From the NCBI GenBank assembly GCA_013239625.1, contig MU054098.1:1023568-1087567 (forward strand): a stretch of DNA of 64,000 nt, in the 5' to 3' direction. A program made the position numbers and the translations under genes. The notes under the pieces are model-generated. The model had not been told where the DNA came from, made no database searches, and worked only from the letters and a program-made list of their open reading frames with translations. The DNA comes from Lama guanicoe (taxonomy: Eukaryota). Of the stretch, positions 27,301 to 39,700 are shown in pieces (position 1 is the first letter of the stretch; each line of letters starts with the position of its first letter).

Positions 27301-27925
27301 ACCTAAGGAGGCAAAAAACGTGTTCTCTGAAAACTGTAAGACACTGATTAAAGAAACTGAAGATGACATGAACAGATGGAAGACATACCATGTTCTTCAA
27401 CTGGAAGAATTAATATTGTTAAAATGACAATACTACCCAAGGTAATCTACAGATACAACACAATCCCTATCAAATTTTTTTTTTACAGAACTAGAACAAA
27501 AAAGTTTTTAAACTTGTGGGGAAACACAAAATACCCAAAAGAATCAAAACAATCTTGAGAAAGAAGAAGGGAGCTGTAGTAATCAGTCTCCCTGACTTCA
27601 GACCATACCGCAAAGCTATAATAATCAAAACAGTATGGTACTGGCACAAAAAGAGACACATAGCTCAATGGAATAGGATAGAAAGCCCAGAAATAAACCT
27701 ATACACTTATGATCAATTAATCTACACAAAGGAGGCAGGAATATATAATGGAGAAAAGACAGTCTCTTCAATAACTGGTGCTGGGAAAACTGGGCAGCTA
27801 CATGAAAAGAATGAAATTAGAACATTCTCTAACACCATATACAAAAATAAACTCAAAATGGATTACGGACCTAAATGTAAGGCCAAATACTCTAAAACTG
27901 CTAGAGGAAAACATAGGCAGACATA
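27301..27925 (+). mobile_element. Internal L1 ORF2 fragment with no 3'UTR or tail
   Basis: ORFs 27376-27558, 27516-27932 and the start of 27778-28233 are ORF2p; colinear with 9785-10410. Confidence 0.93.
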
Positions 27926-29060
27926 CTCATAGAATTATAAAACTTTTCTCCTCCCCCAACACCTTACCACTGTGTTACCTAAAGGCTTATTTACAGCAAT
28001 TCCTTTTACCCACTACATCATGGCTGGCTATCAAGAAAAAATTACAAGATATACTAAAAAGCAAAAAAAGAAAAAAAAAACACAATAGTTTAAAGAGAAA
28101 GCAAACATCAGAACCAGACTTAGATATAGCAGAGCTGTTGGAATTAGACTGGGAATTTAAAACAACTATGATTAAGATGCTTAGGGCTCTAAAAATAAAC
28201 TATACAGTATGCGAGAACAGATGGGCAATGTAAGCAGACAGAAATTCTAAGAAATAACCAGAAAGAAATGCTAGAGATCTAAAACACCAACAGAAATAAA
28301 GAATGCTTTTGATGGACTTATTAGCAGCCTGGACACAACTGAGGAAAGAATCTCTCAGCTTGAGGATATCTAAGTAGAAACCAATAAAACTGAAAAGCAA
28401 AGAGATAAAAGCCTGAAAAAAAGACCAGTAAGAACAGCATATCAAAGAACTATGGGTCAACTATAAAAGATGTAACATATGCATAATGGGAATTCTGGGA
28501 CAAGAAAAAGAGAAAGGAACAGAAGAAATATTAAATAATGAATGAATTCCCCCAAAATTAGTGTTAGACACCAAACCACAGATCCAGGCAGTTCAGAGAC
28601 TGTCTAGCAGGATAAATGCAAAAACAAACCAACCAACCAAAATAAAACAAAAACTTTATCCAGGCATAACATTTTCCAGCTCTAGAAATGAAGGCTCTAG
28701 AGTGCAGTATAGTGCAATAAAGACAGGAACTCCATGAGCACTGTTTAAATGTTAAGAACACAATGAAAGCATCTATACCTCTTATAGATCTTGAAGAAGA
28801 GAATAGAGTGACTGACGTCTAGGCAATATTCAAAGAGATGACAGAAAACTTTCCATAATGGTGAAAAATACATGCATCCTCAGATTCAAGTCAGAAAAAT
28901 TACATCCTTAAATGCATCATAGTGAATTTGTAGAACAGCAAAGAAAAAGAAATGTTTCTAAAATCAAGAGTTAAAAAAGAGACAAATTTTGTGCAAAGGA
29001 CTGAAAAGTCACCTGAAAATAGGCTCATTCAAATGTGTATTCCAAAATGTCTATGATATT
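27926..29060 (+). mobile_element. Old L1 5'UTR/ORF1 fragments (L1MC/L1ME-like)
   Basis: Translation '[30 protein letters not shown]' and 'gaggaaagaatctctcagcttgagga' (EERISQLE) are ORF1p-like. Confidence 0.8.
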
Positions 29061-30712
29061 CCCAAGGTTTTGGGGGGAAATGAAGAACTACTATGATTCA
29101 TGTGACTATCTAAGGTACATTAGTTTTGAAGTTCTGATCTTTTTAGTAGGAGAGAAAGCTATAGTTCTACATGATGGTTTGATAAGTGAGAATAGCAAAC
29201 AGTCCTTTTTGTATATACTGTAAGTTCATTTTAAGCTACAGAATAAAGCCGTCTGTAATGAATTCTCAAACCACAAGGTAGAACTTTCATTTTCCTTCCC
29301 ACTCAAAACATATCACAACGCTCATTAGTGAGAATGTCATTATCCTAGATACAATCTTGACCTGTTCTAAACTATGAAATTAAAATAAGCCATCACTGTA
29401 TTAATTATATGAGCAATAGCAAATTACACATCAGTATGATTTGACACCACTTTTGAAAATCATTTGCATAAAAACACATCCAGCCTTAACAGAGACCCCT
29501 AAATAGTTCAGATACCTCTAATGAAGGCTGGGCATACAGTTGTTTTTAAAATGTGTTTATTTCATTACATGATAGGGACTGGTAGAGACTAAGAGGATAA
29601 ATAGCATATTTTTGAAATTGAGAAATCTAATCTAGGTTAGAACATTTTCTTAATCGATTTAGTTTTCCTTGTCCTTTACAACTAAAAAGGCTTATAGTTC
29701 TGAATTAGACAATATTGATCACTGACGTACTTCTATTCAGCAGCTTTATTTATAGGAGTTAAATGCCAAACACTCTTTTCATCAATGTCCACATGAGGCT
29801 CAGCTCTCTTAAGTTACAAATGTACTCTTAATTCTTGAGATTTTCACATTATTGATCAAAGATAAAAAGAGAGGTGTGCTTTTTTGTTTGTTTGCTCCTT
29901 AAATCACACCACACATAACTCTAAATATTAAAAAAAACTTTAAACATATTTAACTTTGATATCCTTTCAATGTTCTGGGCTTTCTTACATAGAAATCCAA
30001 ATGATTTTAAAAGTCTAACTACAATGTACTGGCCGCATATGGATAATGAGGGGGCGCTAGAGAAAATACAAACAAAAAAGCAGTCATTTATTATACACAA
30101 AAATACATCCAGAAAGTGCATAAGTGTAGACCATGTATACAAATATGCCATGAAATAAACCTTATTGATAGCATAATTCAAATTTTCTGTGTTTTTATAA
30201 TATTTAGTGTGATTTTTTTTAATTTATTGTCCCTTCTTTATTAACAATTTCCAAATGTCCCTGAATTTACCTTGGTCCAGAGTTTGGGATGTCTCTAAGC
30301 TTTCTAAAGTAATTTCTTAATGTCTTCACCAGTGTTCCTTTTAACATTAGAAGTCCATGGTAGCAGAACTTCAATATGGTCTTGTACTAACATAAAGTCC
30401 CCCTCTACAGACCCCAAAAGAACAAACAGAGATACTGACCAACTCTGCTCCTGGCACATATTACAGATACAAAGAGAAAAAGTTACCTTTAACTTTACAT
30501 AACATGGTCAGATCTGATCAAGTTAATTACTAGATTAGGATTTAACAGTCCAGAATCTGCTTCTTGGTTCTGCCACTGATTTTCTGTTAATATTTGGAAG
30601 AATCACTTAATTTCTATATTAGAAGGTATGACAACAACAGTGGCTAAGGGGTGAAGATTATTGGAAGATTACCATTCATATTTTATATGGTGGGCTAGTT
30701 TTCATATAAAAA

Positions 30713-30775
30713 GATGGATGGATGGATGGATGGATAGAAACTTTATATATATGTATACACACACACACGTATATA
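30713..30775 (+). repeat. Compound (GGAT)n / (TA)n / (CA)n microsatellite
   Basis: Read directly. Confidence 0.9.
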
Positions 30776-31233
30776 TTTCGTTGAGTACCCAGCATTGATA
30801 CCATCTCATAAAACTTTCTGGTGTTCCTGAAATTCTCACTTGCTCAGTATTTTATTTAGTTTTATGAAACACATTAGCTTTGAGACCCAGAACAAAACAG
30901 CAATGGAGCTACATCTATCAAAAATATTGAGTGCTGCATCTGAATTCAATTTTTATCAAAATGAGTGTGATTTCTTAAGCAGTAACAGAAAGGGTTTTTG
31001 TTAAATATCAAAGTATCTGTGTGGATATCTCAATCTCTCTTTGTAGTTCGATACATTTCTGTATTACATATTTTTCATTTCTGATAAGTACATCAATATT
31101 CTAAATAGTATTTTTACACCTTTGTAGTAGACTGCTTAATGTATAATAAAAATCCTTTAGCAAATATTCTGTTTGCTATTACTTTAACTGTACCATTTTA
31201 GTTGGTTGTTTTGTCTGGCATAAATGTTTCTTT

Positions 31234-31335
31234 TTTAACATTTTTTATTGATTTATAATCATTTTACAATGTTGTGTCAAATTCCAGTGTTCAGCACAAT
31301 TTTTCAGTCATTCATGGACATATACACACTCATTG
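31234..31335 (-). mobile_element. 102-bp very young L1 3' end
   Basis: Perfect TSD tggcataaatgtttcttt at 31216-31233 and 31336-31353; AATAAA intact on the minus strand. Confidence 0.95.
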
Positions 31336-31589
31336 TGGCATAAATGTTTCTTTCTTTACATTTGGCCTTTGTGATTCCTTACACTTTAAGTGTTCTGATT
31401 CTGGTGTTAAGAAATAAGAGCCTAATTAACTGGTCCCCCTGCACACAACAGCTATACATTCTAAGTACATGAAAAATAACTACTTGAGTGTTTTGCAGCC
31501 TGAAAAAAATGAAGCTAGATTTTTCTGGGGAGGGAGTAGAAACATGTAGTAAGTGATCCAAATGTAATGAACACCCTAATTTTTTTTGC

Positions 31590-33090
31590 AGCTTCATCCT
31601 GAGGGCAGCCAAAATCATTATGGTTGCTACTTTAAGGTAAAAGCCATTTTGGGGGGGGGTGCAGAATAGTTAATGAAGGAACATGAGACAAAAGGACTAT
31701 GAGAGAGTCAGTAACCTAAGAAAGGAGAGAAACAGAGAAAAAATAATTCTGTGTTTAAATTTAGCCTGAGTCTCTGGTTGTCATCTGACTCCTGCATGGA
31801 TGGGGAAAGCTGAAATCAGCTTGTAGTTAAGGCCTAAGAAACTGAACTGAGTTCTGGGTTAATGCTGATGTGACAGTTTTCAGACTGAGTCTAACCAAAA
31901 GCTAATTTTCGCTAAAGCCAAAACATCAGTATTCTTGGAGTAATATAACAAAATCAAGAATCTCCAAAACATAATGTTCAAAATGTCAAGAGTATAAATT
32001 CAAGTTATTTGAAATATGAAGCCAGGATAATGTGACTATCTCAAAGGGAGATGCAACCAACAGATGCTAATCCTGAGATTACATAGCTATTGGAGTTATC
32101 AGACTAGGACTTAAAAGCATTCCTTATAACTATTCTCAGTGTACTGAAAAAAAAGTATTGTAATTAATGAAAAGATGGGAAATCACAGCAGAGATATGCC
32201 AACAATATAAAAGAAACAAATGCAAATTTTTAAACTAAAAATTGTATCAGAAATTAAAATTTTACTGGATGGGCTTAGTACTAGAATGGAGATGACAAAA
32301 GAATTAGTAAACTTTCACATAGATTAATAAAATAATCTTACACAAAGATATGCAACTTAAAAGCCAATTGACAAATGGAATTCTAAAAATTCTTAACTAA
32401 TCCAAAAAATAACAAGGGGAACACATGAATAAAAAAGAGAACAAACCAACCTAAAACAAATAATAAAATATTAGGCCTGAACCAAACTATATAAATAATT
32501 ATACTGTATGTTAATGGTTTAAATACTCCATATGTTGTTCATAAAAACTCACTTTAAATATAAAGACATACAGACATGAAGCAGAAGAAGGTTGGAACAG
32601 CTATGATGTCAAATAAAATAAACTTAAATACAAAGAATATCACTGGAGGGATATTTCAAACTGATAAAAATTCAATTTTCTAGTAATTCACAACAAACAA
32701 ATGTGTATATGCTAATAACAGATTTTCAATGCACACATATGTACATGGTTGACAGAACTGAAGGGACAATTTGACATTTTCACAGTAAAAGTGAGAGATA
32801 CTAACACACTTCTATCATCAATTAACAGAACTTAGACAAAAATTCAGTAAAGACTTAGAGACTATGAATTATTTCTGGTAACTACTCTGAGCTAAATAAT
32901 ATTGTTAGAATGCCACAGCAACAACTGCAAAATACATTCTCCTTAAAATGAATATAGTATATTCATGTAGACCATTTGCAGTCTCGCTACATGTCTCAAT
33001 AAATATAAAATGATCAAAATCTTATAGAACTATTTATCTGATCATAGTAAAACTAAATTAAAAACCAATAAGATGTCTAGGAGAATCCAT
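31590..33090 (+). mobile_element. Ancient L1 5'/ORF1/EN fragments
   Basis: 'aattttactggatgggcttagtactagaatggagatgaca' (ORF1-like) and 'tctgatcatagtaaaactaaattaaaaaccaataa' (EN SDH motif). Confidence 0.7.
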
Positions 33091-34750
33091 TATGTTTTCT
33101 TTCAAACTTTCTATTTTGAAATAATTATAAGTTTACAGGAAATTGCTAAGAAATTTACAAGATATTATGTACACACTTCACTTAGCCTCCCCAATGTTCA
33201 CATCTTACACAACTATAGTGTAATATCAAACCAGAAAACTGGCTTTGATGCAATCTATAGAGTTTATTTCAATTCCTCCAGGTATACATGCTCTCATTTG
33301 TGTTGTGTGTGTGTGTGTGCGCGCGTGTGCGTGTGTGTAGTTTTAAGTCCTATGCCATTTTTTCACATGTGTAGTTTTAGGTAACTATCACAAGTCTCCA
33401 TGATATTAAATTTTTAAAGCCACATACAGTCCACCCTGCCATCCTGAATCCATGGCAACTAGTATTCTCCATCTCTATAATTTTATTTCAAGAATGTAAT
33501 ATGAATAGAATTACATAGTATATAACATTTTGCGATCAACTTTTAAAATCAGCATATTATCTCTGAAGTTCATTCAAGTTATTGCAGGCATCAATAATTC
33601 ATTCCTTTGATTTCTGAGTGGCATTCCATGGTATAGATATACCACAGTTTATTGATACATTCATAGTTGAACATCTGGGCTGTTTTCCATTTTTTGGCTA
33701 ATATGAATAAAGCTGCTGTAAACATTCATGTACTAGTTTTTTTTTTTTTGCATGAACATGTTACTATCCCTCTGGGATAAAAGCCCAAGTGTATAATTGC
33801 TATATCATATAGTAACTGCAATTTTAATTTTGAAATAAACTGCTAAACTGTTTTCAAGAGTGATTTAACATTTTGCATACATGTCAGCAATGTATGAGTG
33901 ATCCACAGTTTCTCTACATCCTCACCAGTCGTTGGTGGTATCACTTTTTTGTTTTAGTTGTTCTTATAGGGGTGAGCGATAAGCCATTATAATTTTAATT
34001 TGCACTTCCCTAGTGCTTAATGATGTTGAACATCTTTTCAGGTGTTTATTTACCATCTGTATATCCTTTTCATTACAATTTCTGTTTATGTCTTTTTCCA
34101 AATTTCTAATTGAAGAGATTTTTTTTATCACTGTTGAGTTGAGAGTTTGTTATATATTCTAGCTACTTCGTCAGATGTGTGGTTTATGTACACAGTCTTT
34201 TAGTCTGTAATTTCTCTTTTCATCATCTGAACAAAATCTTTCAAAGAGAATAAGTTTTTAATTTTGATGAGGTCCAATTTATCAGTTTTTCCTTTTATGG
34301 ATCATGCTTTTAGTGTCATAAAAAACTTATCACTTAGTTCTAGGTTCTGAAGATTTTCTTCATTTTTCTGAAAGTTTTATAGCTTTACACTTTGCATTTA
34401 AGTCTGTGCTGCATTTTAGTTAATTGTGACATAGGATGGTAGGTTAATTTTTTTGTATAAACATCCATCATCTTTAGTACCATATGCCCTCCACAGAATT
34501 ACAGTTTCACCTCTGTCAGAAATCAACTGGGCATATGTCTATGAGCCTATTTCTAGGTTTTCTATTTTCTTCAATTGATCTATGTATCTATCTATCCTCT
34601 AGAACTATGCAGTCTTGATTACTGGCTGTAAGTTTTGACACTAGAAAAAAATGATTCCTTCTGCATTATATTATTTTCAAAATTTGTTTTGGCTATTGTA
34701 AGTCTTTACCCTTCTTATATAAATCTTAGAATATGCTTTTTTTTTTGTCT

Positions 34751-35146
34751 AACTGAAAAATTGTGCTCTACACTGGAATTTGACACAACATTGTAAAATG
34801 ACTATAACTCAAAAAATGTAAAAAAAACTCATAAAAATGGAATTTGAATTTCATTTTGATTAAAATTTTAGTCTTACATTTTTTTAAAATTATGCTATAC
34901 TGCTTTGTAATTATTGTCTGACTCATCACAGAAGTGAACAGAATATGCTACTAGAGATATAAGTGGATGGCCCAAAATGCATACAGCTATACATGTTAAA
35001 GATGATTGCATATTCATATAAGTAACTGTTAGATATTTATGTTTGGCATGTTATTTTATATTAGAAATATATTATGTTCCATTAATTTTAGTATTTTAAA
35101 TAAAACATTTGAATAAAGTTTAACAAAATAATTCCAAAAATAAAAA
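34751..35146 (+). mobile_element. Short young L1 3' end (34751-34827) followed by about 300 bp non-L1 sequence and a second A-rich tail (probable 3' transduction)
   Basis: 34751-34810 is the reverse complement of the 13968-14031 family; AATAAA at 35099 and 35112; host L1 is colinear across the insert when compared with 56711-56826. Confidence 0.8.
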
Positions 35147-36385
35147 CCGCTAGGATTTTGATGAGAATTTCCTTAAATCTTCAGAACAGTTTGAAGACAA
35201 TTGACATCTTTACTATGCTGAGTATTCCAAACCAAGAACATGGTCTCTCCAATTATTCAGATTTTTCTTTTATTACAATATTTTGTAGGTCTCACCATAG
35301 AGATCCTGTGCATGCTTTCTTAGATATATAAGTAGGTATTTAGTTTTTTGGAGCAATTTTGAATGATGTAGTTTGATTTCTACTTGTTCATTGTTAGCAC
35401 ATGGATATATGATTGATTATTTGCATTGATGTAACAACTCTCAATCTTGCTGAACTCATTTATTAGTTCTAAACATTTATTTTATCAATTTATTTGTATA
35501 AGCTGCTAAGGACTTTATATGTAGACCCTTATGTAGTTTTCAAATAGGGAATTTAATTATTTCTATTCCAATATTTATGCCTATTATTTCTTTTCCTTGC
35601 CTTATCGCAGTGGCTAGAACTTCCAATACTATGTTAAATAAGAGTGGTGAAAGTGGACACCCTTGCATGCAAACTCATACCCAAACTTAGAAGAAAAGCA
35701 TTAAATCTTTCACAATTAAGTATGATGCTGACTATAGGTTTTTATAGATTTTTAAAAAGAGTTTGAGGAAATTCCCTCTATTCCTACTTTGCTGAGAGGT
35801 TTTTTTATGAATGGATGTTGGAATTGTCAATTTTCTTTATCAATTGATGTTGTCATATGATGTTGACATGCTAGATTACATTTACTTATTTTGAATGTTG
35901 AGCCAGGTTTGCATATCTGGAATAAATCCTACTTGGTCATCATATATTATTCTTTTAATACATTTCTGGATTTCATTTGCTAATGTTTTATTGAGGACTT
36001 CTGCATCTAAGTTCAAGAATTATATTGGTCTATAGTTTTCCTTTTTTTAAAAACTGTTTTTGTGTGGTTTAGATATGATGATATTTCTAGCCTCTAAAAA
36101 GAGTCAAGAAATGTTTCTTTCTCTTCTATTTTCTCGAAGAGATTGTGTAAAATCAACATTAGTTTTTTTTCCCTAAATGTTTAATAGAATTCTCCAGTGA
36201 ATTCACAAAGGTCTAGAGATTTCTTTTGGGTAAGTTTTTAACTAAAAATTCAACTTTTAATGCTTATTGGACAATTACATTTGTCAATTTCATCTTGGTG
36301 GTGACTTAAGAGTATGGTTTTTGATGAATTGATCCATTTCTTATACTTTATTGGGTTTATAGACATAAAGTTGTTTACAGTACTC

Positions 36386-36732
36386 TCTTATGGTTTGAAT
36401 GTGTCCCCTAAGATTCATATATTGAATCTTAACATAACACCCAAAGGTGATCATATTAGGAGGTGGAGCCTTTGGAAGGTGATTAAGTCATGAGGGCAAA
36501 GCTTTCATTACTAGGATTAGCGCTCTTACAAAAGAGGTTCCAGAAAGATCCCTTGCCCCTTTCACAATTGAGAATACAAGACGTCTGAGACCTGGATGAG
36601 GGCTTTTACCCAACTATGCTGGCACCCTGTTCTTGGACTTCCAGACTTAAGAGCTGTGAAAAATAAAATTCTGTTAATTATAAGCTATCCAGCCTATGGC
36701 ATTTTTTGTATCAACCCAAATGGACTAAAACA
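36386..36732 (+). mobile_element. MaLR solo LTR (MLT1A-like)
   Basis: 'tatggtttgaatgtgtcccctaagattcatatattgaa...ggaggtggagcctttggaaggtgattaagtcatgaggg...aatggactaaaaca'. Confidence 0.9.
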
Positions 36733-38384
36733 CCTTACTATCTTTTTAATTGTTGCAATATCTCTAATGAAATTCCCTGTTTTATTCTTGACATTAATGA
36801 TTTGTGTCTTTACTCTTTCTATCTTTGTGTGACTTGCTAGAACTTTATCAATGGCATTAATTATTTTCAGGAACCATCCTTTGGTTTTATTGATTTTCTG
36901 TATTGATTTCCTATTTTTACTGTCATTTATTTCCGCTTTTATCTTTATTATCTTCTCCCTTCTGCTTATATTTGGTTTATTTTTCTCTTCTAGATTTTTG
37001 AGGTTGGAACCAGGATTTTTTGATTTGAGACTTCTCTTTATTTCTAATGTAAGTACTACTGCTATAAATTTCCCTTTTGGTATTGTTCAGATGCACCTCA
37101 TATTTTACATTGATTCTCACTTGCATTTAGTTCTATATACTTATCATTTTTGAGAGTTTACTTTTGACCCATGGATTATTTTCAGATAGGTTTAATTTCT
37201 AAGAATTTGGAGATTTTATTATTGTCTTTCTGTTATTGATTTCTAGTCTAATTTCACTTTGGCCATACAACATGCTCTGTATTATTTCAATTCTCTTAAA
37301 TTTACTGAGTGAGTTATATGGTCCAGGATATGATACATTTTGGTGAATATTCCATGGTTGCTTGAAAAAGTATGCAAACTGCTATCATTGGGTGGAGTGT
37401 CCTATATATGTCAATTAGAGTCTATTCATTGATAATTGAGAATATTGAGTGGTTCTATATCCTTGCTGATTTTCTGTCTAGTCTTTCTAACAATTATGGA
37501 GAAAGGGTGTCTAAGTCTCCAACTATAATTGTGGATTTGACTAGTTCTCATTTCAGTTTTGTCAGTTTTGCTTTATGTATTTTGAAACTCTGGTGTTTGG
37601 TACATACACATCAGGTATTATTATGTAGTTTGGTGGATTATGTAATATCCTTTTTTGTCCTTAGTAATTTTCTTCACTATGAGGGTCTATTATTAATGTT
37701 TCTATGATACATCTTTTTCCATGCTTTTACTTACAACCTGCCCACGTCATATTTGAAATTAGTTTCCTGTAGACAATATACTGTTGAGTCACGTTTTCTT
37801 CTCCTCTCTATCAATTATCCATAATTGAGGAAATTAGATCATCTACATTTGAAATAATTACTGATATGTTAAGATTTAATGCCATTTTACTATTTGTTTT
37901 GTGTTTGTTCCCTCTATTTCTCAGTCCTCTCTTTTATTGGCTTCTTGTGGGTTACTTGAACGCCTTGTAGAATTTTGCCTTGTTTCCATTTTGCAGTTTT
38001 GGATACATTACAGTTTTCTTAATTGTTGCTCTAGGTATTGCAATATACAAGTAACAACTTATCACACTCTATCAGTATTGATACTTTACTTCGGGTGAAG
38101 AATAGAAAGCTTATCATTTATGTCCTTTTACTCTCTACCTTAATTTTTTACAACTAGTTTTTACATTGTCACCTGCAAGGCTGAAGCATAGATTTTCCTA
38201 AGAGGTAACACTGGTAACAGGCTCAATAAACCAATGTGCATATGTAGCAAAGTGTTATTTCTTGATTTTAATCTGGGGCAAGAGACACTGCAGGCAGGCA
38301 ATCTCTGATGAAATCTGCCTTGTCCCTTCTCCACCTTCAGTGACTTTGGAATGAATTTACTTTTATTTTAGTTTTCATTAAAAT

Positions 38385-38865
38385 TATTTTCCTTCTAGGT
38401 TTATTGAGATATAATTGATATGTAGCACTGTAAAAGTTTAAGGTATACAGCCTAATGATTTGAGTTACAAATGTCATGAAATGATTACCACAATAAATTT
38501 AATGAACTTCCATCATCTCATATAGATACAAAATTAAAGAGAAAGAAAAAATATTCCTTGTGATAAGAACTCTTAGGATTTACTCTCTTAACAACTTTCA
38601 TATATAATACACAACAATGTTAATTATATTTATCCTGTTATACATTATATACCTGTACTTATTTATTTACCTTATGACAAGAAGTTGGTACATTTTGACT
38701 GCCTTCATCCAATTCTCTCTCCACCCACCCTCTGCCTCTGGTAGCCACAAACCTCATCTCTTTTTTTTTATGAGTTTGTTCATTTATTTGTTTTAAATAT
38801 AATTGATCTACAACATTATGTCAGTGCCTGGTGCACAACATAGTGATTCTACATTTCTATACATT
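38385..38865 (-). mobile_element. L1 3'UTR fragment (L1MA9-related)
   Basis: Reverse complement aligns with the 3'UTR at about 42480-42980. Confidence 0.88.
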
Positions 38866-38879
38866 ACATTGAATTTTTT

Positions 38880-39700
38880 TTAAGTTTTTTTTTTTGTCTT
38901 TAGTTTTGGGAAGTTTAACTATGAAGTGTTACGGTGAGAACTACTTTGGATTGGATCTATCCTTTTTGAGTATTAGTCTGCTTCTTAAATCTGTAAGTTT
39001 GTTTCTGTCCCCAAATTTGGTGAGTTTCCAACTGTTGTTTCTTCAAATACATTTCCTGCTTCTTCAAATTTCTGATTCTTCAAATCTCCTTTTCTTGTCT
39101 TAATGAGACTAATCCTCGATTTTTGGTTACTGCCCCCACAAGTCCCTGAGGATATGTTCATTAATTTTTCCACACTATTTTCTCTGTGTTGTTCAGACTG
39201 AGTAAACTCTATTATTCTGTCTTTAAGTTTACTGGTTGTAACTTCTGTCATCATCACTCTACCATTGAGCTCATATACTGAGTTTTGATTTTAGTGATCA
39301 TATTTTTAATTCTATAATTTTTCTTCAGTACTTTTAAATAATTTCCACTTCTTTGCTGAGGGTTTCTATTTTTTAAACTGAATTTCAACAGAACTCATAA
39401 TTGTTGAAGCTTTTTTATTATGGATGTTTTAAAATCCTTTTCTGATAATTTCAATACCTGGTTGGTTGGCTCTCTTTTCTCATTCAAGTCATGTTTGTCG
39501 TGGTTCTTGGCATGACAAGTAATTTTACATTATAACTGGGTATTTTGGTTATTATGTTAAGAGACACTTGATCCTACTCAAACATCTATTTCAGCTGTCA
39601 CCCTGTTTAGGTTTAGCACATAGGTCATGGTCTACTTTTGAAGTCTGTAGTTCCAAAGAAACTTTAGTTCTTATAGTACTTACAGTGTTACTCTGGCCTG
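38880..39700 (-). mobile_element. Old L1 ORF1/5' region
   Basis: ORF 38985-39257 'SKLKDRIIEFTQSEQHRE...NSPNL' is ORF1p-like. Confidence 0.8.

Larger units (their letters stand above)
33100..38140 (-). mobile_element. Old LINE-1 (L1MC/L1MD-like), 3'UTR through ORF2, with nested insertions at 34751-35146 and 36386-36732
   Basis: Antisense ORF2 hallmarks such as 'aataagagtggtgaaagtggacacccttgc' and 'gtctccaactataattgtggattt'; 3' end resembles 55095-55250. Confidence 0.9.

Noticed and set aside
27778..28233. 151-aa ORF2/ORF1 chimeric ORF
   Set aside because: GTG start; chance read-through across adjacent decayed L1 fragments.
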